Assembly: GCF_009914755.1 (NCBI RefSeq)
Contig: NC_060930.1
Reading direction: 5' to 3' (one strand)
Source: the human T2T-CHM13v2.0 reference genome, Homo sapiens
DNA length: 64,000 nucleotides
Below are positions 13,510 to 25,036 of the stretch, in pieces; position 1 is the stretch's first letter; each line of letters begins with the position of its first letter. Below the pieces are notes generated by a model, which saw only the letters and a program-made list of their open reading frames with translations, had not been told where the DNA came from and did not search any database. Made by a program: the position numbers and the translations under genes.

Positions 13510-14200
13510 AAATCGCCTGCCATTGACACCTTTGTCACCGTCACCTCCATCTCTGTCTGAGCCACCATGATCTTTTTTGACCTATTGCAAAATCTATTTA
13601 ACTGCTACCTCTACCTTGGCCCCTGTATAGTGACCAAAGTGAGCCTTTCAAAAACATAAAGCAGATCATGTCATTCCTCTGCTTAAACCTTTCACTGGCA
13701 TATCCCTCAGGGTAAAATCCAGAGCATTAGTAGGGCTTCTAAGGTTCTATATAATCTATTCCCCACTCCCTCACTTTCCCAGTCACTCTGGTCTCACCTC
13801 TCCGTCTTGCTTCCTGAACTCAGTGCTGCCATTCTCCACACAGCTTGACATGTTCCTACCTCAGGGCCTTTACACCTGCTCTGTCTCCTTTGCCAGAAAT
13901 CTATCACTTTATTCCCATCTCTGATTAAATGTCACTGCTCCTTCAAACCCTTGCCTGGCTACGCTATATAAAATAGCCCCTTTCCCAACTTTCTTTATCA
14001 ATTACCCCGATTCATTGTTTTTCCCGTGGTATTTGTTACCACCTGGCTTTTATTTGTTTATTTCTTCATTTGTTTATTTTCTGTCTTCTCCTGCAAGAAT
14101 GTTACTGTATGAGAGTGGGGACTTTGTTTTATTTGTTGTATTTCCAGGCCCAAAACAGATCCTGGGCCCACTAAGGAAAATTTGTTAATGAATGACGGAA
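13510..14200 (+). mobile_element. L2a 3' fragment
   Basis: cagatcatgtcattcctctgcttaaacc, tcctacctcagggcctttacacctgct. Confidence 0.85.
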
Positions 14201-14524
14201 AGGAAGGAGCCAGATTTCCAGTTCACATCTTCACCCTAAGTCCAGGCTATTTCCTCTATGCATTCTGAATACCAGAGCCACTTGAAGGAAGGAACATACA
14301 GTGAAACACCGGTGATATTGTAAACCTTCCTTGCAACCCTCTTCGCTTGCCTTGCTGAGATTAGGAAGATTGGAATGAGTCAAAGCCAGAGTCCTTCCTC
14401 GGAAGATCACTCTAGCATTTGCTCTTCTCCACTGTCAGGAAAGAAGAGAAAGCATAGAGAAAATGGTACCTATAACAGTGAATTCACAAGAAAGAGGACA
14501 TGAGACCATTTGATTGTACATAAG

Positions 14525-14650
14525 TAACCTGGACTTTGGATCAGAGGACCCTGGCTCTGCTGTGTGACTTGGAAAAACTTTTTAAAAACCTTTCTGAGGT
14601 TGTTTTTATCATTTTTAAAATGAAATTAATGATCCTTCCTTTGGTCATGA
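14525..14650 (+). mobile_element. MIR fragment
   Basis: ctggctctgctgtgtgacttggaaaaac...tttttaaaatga. Confidence 0.6.
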
Positions 14651-15194
14651 GAGTCAGGTTCTCCAAAAAGCCAAAGGAACTGTTTCCTCACAAAGTGTCA
14701 GAGAGATTTTTGAAAGAGCTAGATACTGTATCTCTGGGATTAAAATGACAAAGCATGGCCTTTAAGAGATCAGAAGTAAAAGATATTTTAGCACAGTGGA
14801 TTGTCAGTCTGCATTAGCAGGTGGTGGAAGAGCTTTCGGCAGACATGCCCCTATAACTTCAGTTAGTGGCAGCACCATTGGCACAGGTACACCCCCAGGC
14901 AGCTGGCCCTGGTAACAAGGTGGCAGCAAGGGGAATTCACATTTAGAGGCAATGAAGGCAGCTGTCGCCACCATCATAAACTTCTCCTCCTCCTCCTTAC
15001 TCTTCCTCATAATTCTCCTTTCTCCCTCTTCTCCCCTCCTCCTCTCCCTTCTTCATCCTCCTCATCCTTCTTCATCTAGCTGTGATATTTTTTGTCCTGG
15101 ATTTAGGTTGTACTGGTGAGGATAGAGACAGCAAATCAATAATAATATTTTAAATAAATTTTTAAGCACATATACAACAAACGCTGCATTTGAT

Positions 15195-15400
15195 ACCTAC
15201 ACTGTCTCATTTCATCATTATTTAATCTCCCTTAAGGTAGGTATAGTAACTCTGCAATGGAGTTGAGAGAAATGAGGCATAGGAGGGAGAATGACTTGCT
15301 TAAGGTCTCACAATTCATAAGTGATGGCAGGAGGATTTGAACTTCTTGGAGGTTCAGATTTGAACCTGGAGTCTCTTTGACTCCAGGACACTTGTTCTAA
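15195..15400 (-). mobile_element. MIR fragment
   Basis: gagaaatgaggcatagg...gacttgcttaaggtctcaca...atttgaacctgg. Confidence 0.7.
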
Positions 15401-15899
15401 AGTCACTCAGATTCAAAAGGTAGAATCAGATGGCTTAGTGATTGGATGTGTCAGGGACAGGGGACTGTGAGGAGGAGAAGGGGTCTAAAATACTTCCTAG
15501 TTTTCTGATTTGGGTGGCCTGTTGAAATGTTAATGGTGCTTTACCCAGGGTAGGGACACTCTGACTCCTAGAAATAGTTCCAGCCTCTAATTAGTGTCGA
15601 GATCATTTTTTAGGTTAAAAATGAGCTTTGGGCTAGAGTTACAGGAATTCTTATTTCAATCTTTCACTTGGTTTTGCCTGTAATAGACTGGCTAAACTGT
15701 AAGAGGCCTCCTATTAATTTTAAACTGTCTTGAACTCAAAATAGTCAAAGTATTAAGCTAATGAAAGAGCAGTGTTCTTGTTGTTGAGTAATCCACTTAT
15801 TTATTCTATAGCTTCCTCTCCCATGCTCTTTGTTCCCTTTGATCATAATTTTAATGGGTTTTGGAAAAAATAGAAACCCATGCACTACATTGGCTATAT

Positions 15900-17330
15900 T
15901 TAACAGGAGTACCTATAAAATATCATTTTGTCTAATGTACTGTAAATATTTTTTTCCAGATGCTTGAATGTTTTTGGAGTGTATACCTTTATAAATTATA
16001 CATTTTTATATAACACCTGTATCTGTTTTTCCTTTAATTGCTTCTCAATCTTGTGTCACGTTTAGAAAAGCCTCCTCATTTTAAGATATACAAATATTCA
16101 CTCTCATTGTCTTTTAGAAAGCGATAGATTTATTTCATAAATGAATTATCTGATAAATTTTTAAATGGTGTAATTTTTTTCTACCATTGATTAGAAATGC
16201 TATGTATATTAAAATAAATTCATATAGATAAGTACATATATTTATATATAAGATATACATATGCATATGACTCATATATATGAGTCAGTGTCTCCCTCAG
16301 TAGAATGTTTGATTTAACACCCCAGAACATATTTTAATACCTTGTTTTAATATCTTTTCTCATACTCCTATAGTTTTTCTTTCTTTCAACTTTTATCCTT
16401 TTTATATACACAGTAAAACAAAAAATTTATTTTTGTTTTATATGAGACCATATAGAATTTATATATGAATTTAGAATTACCATATCTAAAACATTGAGCC
16501 TTTCTACCCAAGAACATGCTATGCAATTGAAAGCATTTAATAATCTTTCATAAATCATTCATTATAATTTTAAGATTTTCTTTTGTTATGCATTTATAAC
16601 AGTTTATTCCTTGGTGTTTTATCTTTTGGGTTACTATTGTAAATAAAATATTAGTCTTCATTTTATTTTCTAAACGACATTTATTTCTTATTGGAAATCT
16701 ATACATTTCTTACAAAGATTTGTCAGTAGACCACAAAATAAAATTATTTTATTTCTAATAAGTTTTTTAAATCAATTCTTTTATTTTACTATATTCATAA
16801 TCATATCTATAAACCACAATAATTGTGTTTCTTCCTATCCAATTTATACTTCCTCATTTTTTGACTTGTTTATATACTTAAATACTTTCAGGAGCCTAAA
16901 TTAATAGCAGGCATTATTGATTGTAATGCAAAATGCTTTATTACGTCAACATAAAGCTAAATAAAAACTACTTTTTATCTGGTTTAACACTTTCTATCCT
17001 AAATTCCACCTTGATATATCAAGTCTGTAGTTCCAGCCTTGTTCTCAATTAAGATCTCTCCAGTAAGTTTTTCTGTTGTGTGTTTTTGATCCTTCTAAGT
17101 CAAAGTGTTATAATGAACCTCTTAACCTAGAATTGCTCTTACTTTGATTTTTGAGGTAATTTAATAGATGTTAATAACCAATATGTCTTTTATGTGTTTA
17201 TAATATTTTTGTTTTCTATTTTGAAATGTGAATTGTGTTTTATTTATTTATTTTGTGGTCTGTGATGTTATTTATTTCTTATAATTTTGAAATATTTGTC
17301 TGCTTTTGATCCTCTATTATACTTTTAAAG
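15900..17330 (-). mobile_element. Highly diverged L1M (L1ME-like) fragments
   Basis: acattgagcctttctacccaagaacatg and similar antisense ORF2 remnants. Confidence 0.55.
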
Positions 17331-20300
17331 GTGTATAATCTACTTAGCTTTGTACTTCCTGAAATGGATACACTAAAATCAATGAGACCAATATTTTCTA
17401 TTAATAGTGCATTTTTGGTTTTTGTAGCACACACTTTACTTCATACAATGGAATTCATAATGTATCCTACCTACACACCTAATATTAAAAATTAACCAAG
17501 ATAATTCCCTAACTCTAATATAAAAAGTATAAGAGACCACTAATTTACAAGACCACTATTTCTATACAAAAAATACTAAGGAATGACTGAACTAGAAGAT
17601 ACATTGAAGTGGTTAGCTCTTTGCACTCATACACAGAATTACCATGGGTTTGGTAGCCATAAATAAAGACTGATAATAGTCATTTCCTATTAGACACTCA
17701 AGTAGGATGATGTATTTTTTTCAATATAGTTAAAAAATTCTAAGAAATTTCTGAATGAAAAATATTTATTGACTTAACATAAAAAATTTATTCCTGATAT
17801 AGTCAATGATTATTAAAATTGTGTAAAAATATTTCATGCCAATATGTGACATGAAATTCAGATCTAGGCTTAGATATTCATATATAGGTTTTATACACAC
17901 ATTAACATATGCTGTGACTTTTAGAAATTGTGCAATCTGTGAAAAACGTTTGCTTTGCCTGAACTGTTCTGTGCATTGAAAGATTTATAACATTCATCAT
18001 TCACTACCCATATCCTAAAATTAAACTGTTCCAGTCAATTATTCTGAATATTGACAATGACTCTAGAAGTTCCCAAGATGCCTCTAGAAGACAAAATACT
18101 CTCCCTGAAAATTACTGAGCTGAAATAAATTTCTCCAATTTACAAAAGCACTCATCACTTTTCACCCAACCATGTACTAGTACGTCTAGCATTTTGTCAT
18201 AATAATTAATAAATTCAAATAAATTGTAATATATATGTGTACATTGATATTGAGTACTAAGAGAAATGGCTATCAGATTGAAAGCTTTTCAGTGAGTACA
18301 TCAATTTTGCTAAAATATCAATTTTGATGAAAATTATAGTAACCTATAAATGTTACTGATATCTTGAAAATATGTAAATCTAAAGAAATTTTCTTTGAGA
18401 AATCAAATTGGACTAAAATAATTTATGAATGTATTGCTAACTGTATTAAATATATAAATTTTAAAATATAAATGGGAAACAAGTGAATAATATGATAGAA
18501 AGTAAAAAGCAGAAGCCTACTAGGTAAAATTCTATAAGTTAAAAATATGATCTAATGTGAAAATATTATAATTATTAGTTTTTTATCATTTATGTTTTTA
18601 ATGAAAAAAATTCTAGGAATAGAAAAACTAAAATTATTCCTTTACACATTATCCTGAATCCTAAAGTTATGACCCAAATACCATATAAACTGTGGATGCT
18701 CAATTACTGTTGCATTAATATGGTCAACAAATGCATTTTAAACTTGAGCAAGCTATGCTTAAGACAAAGGTCACCTTTTAAAGATTCTGCATAAAAGGCT
18801 GCATGAAACTCCAAGTCTTAGAAAATAATTTGAAAAGCAATGCTAAAAGGTTATACCTATAAAAACGATTTAAATATAAATTTAAATAAAAATCTGGCTT
18901 AGGTAGTATAAAACTATATAACATGCACAAGTCATTTTATTGTTTGAGATATGAAATTGAAGTATGAAAAGTCATAAAACCTGAAGCTATAATACGGTCA
19001 AACTTTAATTTTAAATATATAACGTATGTATTTGGGAAAAATATATGAGAGATAATTGTGTATAGATGAGTTAAATTTCAACCCATATGAAACTTGAAAC
19101 TTTATTATTCAAAAATGCTTCATTTAATGAAGTTTGTTATAATAATTTTGGTATGTGTATGGGTAATACAATGATATGTACTCTAGAATTGCTTAAATGA
19201 ATGATTTCTATATCATTTTACTATAAGGATTTAAGAACCAAGATTATTTGGTTTTCTAGAGCATAATAAAGAGAGAAAATATATCAGTGTATGTAAGTGC
19301 CTTAGACAAAAAGATTTAGACACTTGATCTAGTGGTTTCAAGACTGGCCCCAACCCAAAAATACATTCAATATGACACTTTCATATGCAGTTCAATATCT
19401 TTTTTGCTTTAAAGGTAAAAATATACCCACATAAAACTTTTACTTGAAGGCAGAAAAGTTTGCATAGTATAGCCAAAATAAATAAATAAACCTAAAACCA
19501 ACTATTCAACTTGTTAATAAAATCACGGACATCACGACAGAAATTACAATAGTCTTAGAATAAATAATTATTAGACTTTTGGGATCAGAAATAATTTAAG
19601 AAAATCCTGGTCAAATTATACTATACTTTTGTGCCATATTCACATAAAGCTCTATTTTTACAAGCCTCCTGACTCTACAGAAATAGTTTTTGAAACTTCA
19701 CCTGATTTTCTTATGGACTTTTAGATTCTACACTTTGAAACAGAACTCTTACTTATAACTGAAAATTATGTTTTGGATATATTTAACATTACACAGAAAA
19801 TGTGAATCTCCTAAAATAGCCTGTAAAGGAAACAGGTTAAATTTAAAACTTCCAGAAAGAAAGCCAGAAGACACACTGCTATAATCAAGCAACTTGTATG
19901 TTCAGAAAGTGAAAAAAATAATTACTTTAGTACTTTAAAAATGTGTTCACTTTCTAAATGAAACAGAAGAACCATGAGATGTGTTCTGAAGAGTGTATAA
20001 TCTTACCTATGTATAGTACATTACCTGGGGACAGGTATCATGTCTCATTGTCATAACATTTTGAAAAATATCTTCCAGTTAGAGGAGATTCAATAAATAA
20101 TAAATGTATGAATGAATATATTTCATTCTGTTATGATATTTCTGGTAGCAAGTAGGGATTGGTGACTTAGACATAAATTTGAGGCTTCAAAAACAGGTGG
20201 GAGTCATGAACACTTCACAGTCTGGGCATGGTATTAAGAAATTAACATCCCAGACTTAGCAAATCTTTCCTGGTCTTAAGTAACAATATGGCTGGTATGA

Positions 20301-21043
20301 TTTAGTCTTTGGCTCATTAAACATTTTATAAACCCCCAGAAAAATTTTTTGAAGATTTCAGGGCAAAAAAATGTGGTAATATGCAGACCTGTTTGAAATA
20401 CATCATTTATATAATGAATTTTAATCTGCACCCATTTAAAATACACTTTAAAAGAAAATGTTTATACGCTATTCATTAACTTTGTGTCTGTTAACATCAT
20501 CAACATTATTAGTGTCTATCATTATAATACTATCATTATTTTGCCTTATAAATTGAGTTTAATTGAAAAATTTCTCCATCCCGAAATCACAAAGATATTT
20601 TTCTACATTTCTTTCATTTATATCGTCATTTTACCTTAAACTTTTAGATCCCTATACACATTTAGAGTCTACTTCTATATAAGGTATAAGGTTGTAATCC
20701 AGTTTCATTTAAGGTCTTATTATGAGCCATTTCCTCAATACCATTTACTAAAGAACCCTGTATGTTCAAATGAGATTATAGCCAAATTTCTCATATATTG
20801 AGTTCCCGTATATACTCGGGTTGTTGTCAGAGCTCTCTGTTGACCCATTATTATTTTTTTTCCTTTAAAGGCACCCATATGTGTTATGTAGTCTGTCATG
20901 TCATATGGTTCATCAGATCCCACCCCATTAGTCTTCCTTTTCAAAGATGACTTCATAATTTAGAAAATATTATTCATAAATATATATAACATGATAATTA
21001 GTTTCTAAAATAACTTGCAATATTTTTACTATTGCATTAAATG

Positions 21044-21178
21044 TGTGAATTAATTTGGGAAGAATTAATATTTTAGCTAATTTAAGGCCTAATATTTAAC
21101 TCCATGCATTATATTTCCATTTATTCAGTGTATATATAATTTTCTCTTTTTCATTGAGCTTAGTGGTATGTAGAGGGT
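21044..21178 (+). repeat. Copy A of a 135-bp direct duplication (copy B at 22248-22382)
   Basis: 126/135 identical, no indels. Confidence 0.95.
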
Positions 21179-22152
21179 CTTTTTAATGGAGAATTAGAGC
21201 ATCTTTTTTTTAATTCTAAACATTTTGCATATCTTTTGACATTATAACAGGTGTTATCACACATATAATTTCTAGATATTGCAACTGATATAGAGAAACT
21301 TAATTTTATATAAAATACTTGTATCTGCAACATTTGTTGGGCTCCATTGTTAGTATTAATTATGAGACAATATCAAGAACTCATTAAAGTGTTGATAAAT
21401 TACAAAAATTTTGTAATTTATCCAAGATTCTCTGGATATCAAAAAATAATGGCAAACAAAAGAGAATCACAAAATCAGAAAAAAGGAAATAACATCACAA
21501 AACGAAGGATAATTTTCTTAGTAAATAAAAAAGCTTCTGAAAATCATTGTTTCATTAAACAAGTATTTGTTGAGCACTATTCTATGTGTCTTTTGTGGCT
21601 TACTACTTTTCCTTATCAAAATGTTTTCAATGTTTATTCGTATTGAAGCACATATCAGTAATTCATCTTTGTCTATTGCTGAATAACATTTCATTGTATG
21701 GATATAACAAATTTTATATATCCATTCATCAGTTGATGGTCATTTGGGTTGTTTCAACTTTTTGACTCTTTCGAACAAAACTGTAAACATTCACATATAA
21801 ATTTTTGTAAAGAACATATATTTTCAATTTTTTGAGTATATACTAGAAGTAGAATTGCTGGGTGTAAAGTGTTATCTCATTGTTTTGATTTAAAATTCCA
21901 GTCTTTCAGCCTTTCACCGTAAAGTATAATGTTAGTTATGTTTCTTCATTCTTCTTATTTTTTTTTAACTTCTCTTATCAGATTGTGGAAGTTCCCTTTT
22001 ATTCTTTATTTGTTGAGTGTTTGTTTCATAAAGTGTTGTGAGATTCTGTAATACAATTTTTTTCTCCATCTACATTATCATGCATTTTCTTCTTTATTTA
22101 TTCTATTGATACATTAAATTACATTAATTGATTTTAAGCCACTAAATCAAAC

Positions 22153-22246
22153 TTATATTCTTACGATAAATCCCACCTGGTCATGCTGTATAAACCTTTC
22201 TATATGTTGCTGAATTTGGTGTGGTATCACCGTGTTGAGGATTCTT
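22153..22246 (-). CDS. EYS: Alternative terminal EYS exon, coding part RILNTVIPHQIQQHIERFIQHDQVGFIVRI*, derived from L1 ORF2 (isoform of about 619 aa); 3' UTR end not determined
   Basis: Acceptor ttcttcccaaattaattcacag at 22247-48; 94 nt complete the phase-2 exon 11 and give 30 aa plus TAA; agrees with my recollection of an annotated short isoform. Confidence 0.8.
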
Positions 22247-22247
22247 C

Positions 22248-22382
22248 TGTGAATTAATTTGGGAAGAATTAATATTTTAGCTAACTTAAGGCCTAATATT
22301 TAAGTCTATGCATTATATTTCCATTTATTCAGAGTATATACAATTTTCTCATTTTCATTGATCTTAGTGGTATACAGAGGGT
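22248..22382 (+). repeat. Copy B of the 135-bp duplication, inserted inside an L1 ORF2 fragment
   Basis: L1 ORF2 homology stops at about 22247 and resumes near 22415. Confidence 0.93.
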
Positions 22383-24109
22383 TTATAGTGCTATATAGAG
22401 GGATTGAAAACATAGATTTGCCTATAGTTTTCTTGTGATTTGTCTGGTTGTGCTATTGTTGTAATATTGGCCTCATAAAATGAGTTGGGAAATGTTCTCT
22501 TCTCTTCTATTTTTGGAGGAGGTGGTGAATAACTACTCTTAATTTTGCTTTAAATATCTGTTACAATGTCTCAGTGAAGTCATCTAGGCATGAACATTTC
22601 ATAGTGTTAATTTTTGTTAGTTTGTTTAATTACTGATTCAATCTTTTTACTTGTTATAGGTTAGATTTCCTACTTCTTCTTGAATCAATTTCAGTAGTTG
22701 GTATTTTTCTATTTTATCGAAGTTAACTAATTTTTTTAATTTACAGTTGTTCATAGCATTTCTTTATAATTATTTTTCTTTCTGTAATTTCAGTAATATT
22801 TTATATCTTATTCCTGATTTTAGTATATTTGTTAATGTTTAAAACAAATGAAATTTTGTTTTTTGATATTCTTTATTGTTTATCTATATTTTATTTTATT
22901 AATTTTACTCTACATTTTATGATTTCCTTCTTTCTACTTATTTTATTTAGGTTTAGTTTCCTCTCTTATCCATTGTGTTGTGGAAGTTTAGGCTATTGAG
23001 GTATTTACAGCTATAAATTTTATTCGCAGCACTGCATCACCCACATCCCATGAGTTTTGGTATCCATTTTCAATAATCTCAAAGTCTTTTCTAATTTCTC
23101 TTGCAATTTCACTTTGATTCATTGTTTAATAAAGATTGTATTATTTAACTTCCATGTAATTGTAAATTTATCAAGTTACTTATTGATTTTGATGTTTAAT
23201 CTCATTCAATTTTGGTCAGATAATGTCCTTTTTATTATTTCAATTTTTTGAAATATATTACAGCTTGCTTTATAGCATAGCGTAGGATATGATCTATCTT
23301 GGAGAGTGTGCCATGTACATTTAAGAAGGTTATTCTGCTGTTGTTGGGTAATGTGTTTTATAGCTATCTACTATTTCTAGATGATTTATAGTGTTGTTTG
23401 AATCTCCTATATCTTAGTTGATTTATAGCCAAGTGTTATATCTGCTATTGAAAGTAGAATATTAGAGCCTCTAATTGTTATTGTTGAATTGGCTATTTCT
23501 CCCTTAAATTATTTTTTAGCTTCATTATTTTGAGGCTCTGTTGTTAGTTGTGTATATACATATATATATACACACACATATATGTTTGTAATCACTACCT
23601 TTTCTGATAGTTTGATTCTTTTATAATTATAAAATATCTTTCTTTTTCTCTACTACCTGTTTCATTTTTTCTCTTAAAATCTATTTTTTCCCTGATGTTA
23701 GTATAGGCACTCCAGTTTTCTTCTTGATGCAGTTTGAATGATATTTTTTTATTGCTTTACTTTCAGCTTATTTGTATCTTTGAATCTAAAGTGTCTTCCG
23801 TAAACCATATATATATATATACACACACGTATACATAAAGTGTATCTTCTATAGATCATATATAGTTGACTAAATCAGAAAACAGCCAGTCTAAACGTCT
23901 CTAAATTTTGACTGAATTTCTGAAATCACTTTATTTAAATATTTTTGATATATTTGAATTTATGCCTGCCATTTTACTTTTTGTTTTCCACATGTCTTAT
24001 ATCTCTTTTGTACCTGTATTTTTTTCATTGTAATTATTCTAATACTAGTTTCTTTTATACTAAGTAAATCTCTAGGGCAATATTTTATTTTATTGTATTT
24101 ATTTTCTCA

Positions 24110-24398
24110 TGATAGGGTCTCACTCTGTTGCCCAGGCTGGAGTGCAGTGGCACAATCATAGCTCATTGAAGCTTCTAACTCCTGGGCTCAAGTGATACTT
24201 CTTCCTCAGCCTCCCAAGTAGCTAGGGCTAGGAGTACAGGTGTGCACAACCACACCTGGCTGATTTTTTTAAGTTTTTTGTAGAGACAAATTATCACTAT
24301 GTTGCCCAGGCTGGTCTCAAACTCTTGGCCTCAAGCTATTCTCTTGCCCTGGCCTCCCAAAACACTGAGATTACAGGCTTAAGTCACTGTGCCAGACC
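24110..24398 (-). mobile_element. AluJ
   Basis: agggtctcactctgttgcccaggctgg...cctgggctcaagtgat. Confidence 0.93.
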
Positions 24399-24699
24399 CT
24401 GAGGGCAACATTTTAATTTTGTTAATGCTAATTTTACTAAAGCATATGAGTTTTTGTTTGTTTTGTTGTTGTTTTTTGTAGTTGCTTTGGAGCTAATCGT
24501 ACACATCTTAACTTAGCAGAATTTACCACAGATTTATGCTAACTTAATTCTACAATGACATAGAGAAGTTATTTCTATACAGATATATTCCTTCTTCCCT
24601 CCTTTTATTGTGCTAGAATTGTTATACATAACATGTATTATGTAACATAATATATAATAACTATATATGTATATGTAAGTGTTTGTTATGGAAATTCCA

Positions 24700-24759
24700 A
24701 TCATTTTAATCAACAAAAACATTGTTACCATGAAACAGTTCGATGACTATCAATTTAAT
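24700..24759 (-). terminator. Intronic polyadenylation signal (ATTAAA at 24759-24754) with downstream U/GU-rich element
   Basis: Minus strand reads ...ataATTAAAttgatagtcatcg...tggtaacaatgtttttgttg. Confidence 0.6.
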
Positions 24760-24789
24760 TATAACTTTTTGATATGTGATATTATCTGC

Positions 24790-24808
24790 TCAAATGATAC
24801 ATAAATAC
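24790..24808 (-). CDS. EYS: Exon-11 read-through extension (R)YLCII-stop, short EYS isoform of about 594 aa
   Basis: AG|G TAT TTA TGT ATC ATT TGA read directly; ATTAAA 30 nt downstream; length agrees with a short isoform I recall. Confidence 0.8.
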
Positions 24809-24975
24809 CTGGGTCTATTAATTTCATCTTTACAAACAGCTTCATGTTGACACTCATTTTCTTGATCATCAGTTGTATTTTCCAGATACATGTTGCCAGC
24901 CCATCTGAGAAAACATAGATACCGATATTCCTGACTGTCTTCTTCACTCAAACAACTGCATCCATTTGCACAAAT
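24809..24975 (-). CDS. EYS: EYS coding exon (probably exon 11), 167 nt: ICANGCSCLSEEDSQEYRYLCFLRWAGNMYLENTTDDQENECQHEAVCKDEINRP(R)
   Basis: Acceptor ttacttctttcgttgctatag, donor CAG|gtattt, phase 0 to 2, EGF-like NECQHEAVCKD motif. Confidence 0.96.
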
Positions 24976-25036
24976 CTATAGCAACGAAAGAAGTAAAAAT
25001 GTTATGAATTCCTATCACTTACTACAATATTACAAT

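Larger units (their letters stand above)
20540..24700 (-). mobile_element. Cluster of old L1M fragments, co-oriented with EYS, hosting the L1-derived terminal exon
   Basis: ggcctcataaaatgagttgggaa, cagtgaagtcatctagg, tccattcatcagttgatggtcatttgggttg. Confidence 0.85.

Noticed and set aside
19080-22152. Exact polyA site of the L1-derived terminal exon
   Set aside because: Many minus-strand AATAAA hexamers (for example 19106-19101) in AT-rich DNA; cannot choose without 3'-end data
24759-24947. 62-aa ORF overlapping exon 11
   Set aside because: Off-frame shadow of the real exon
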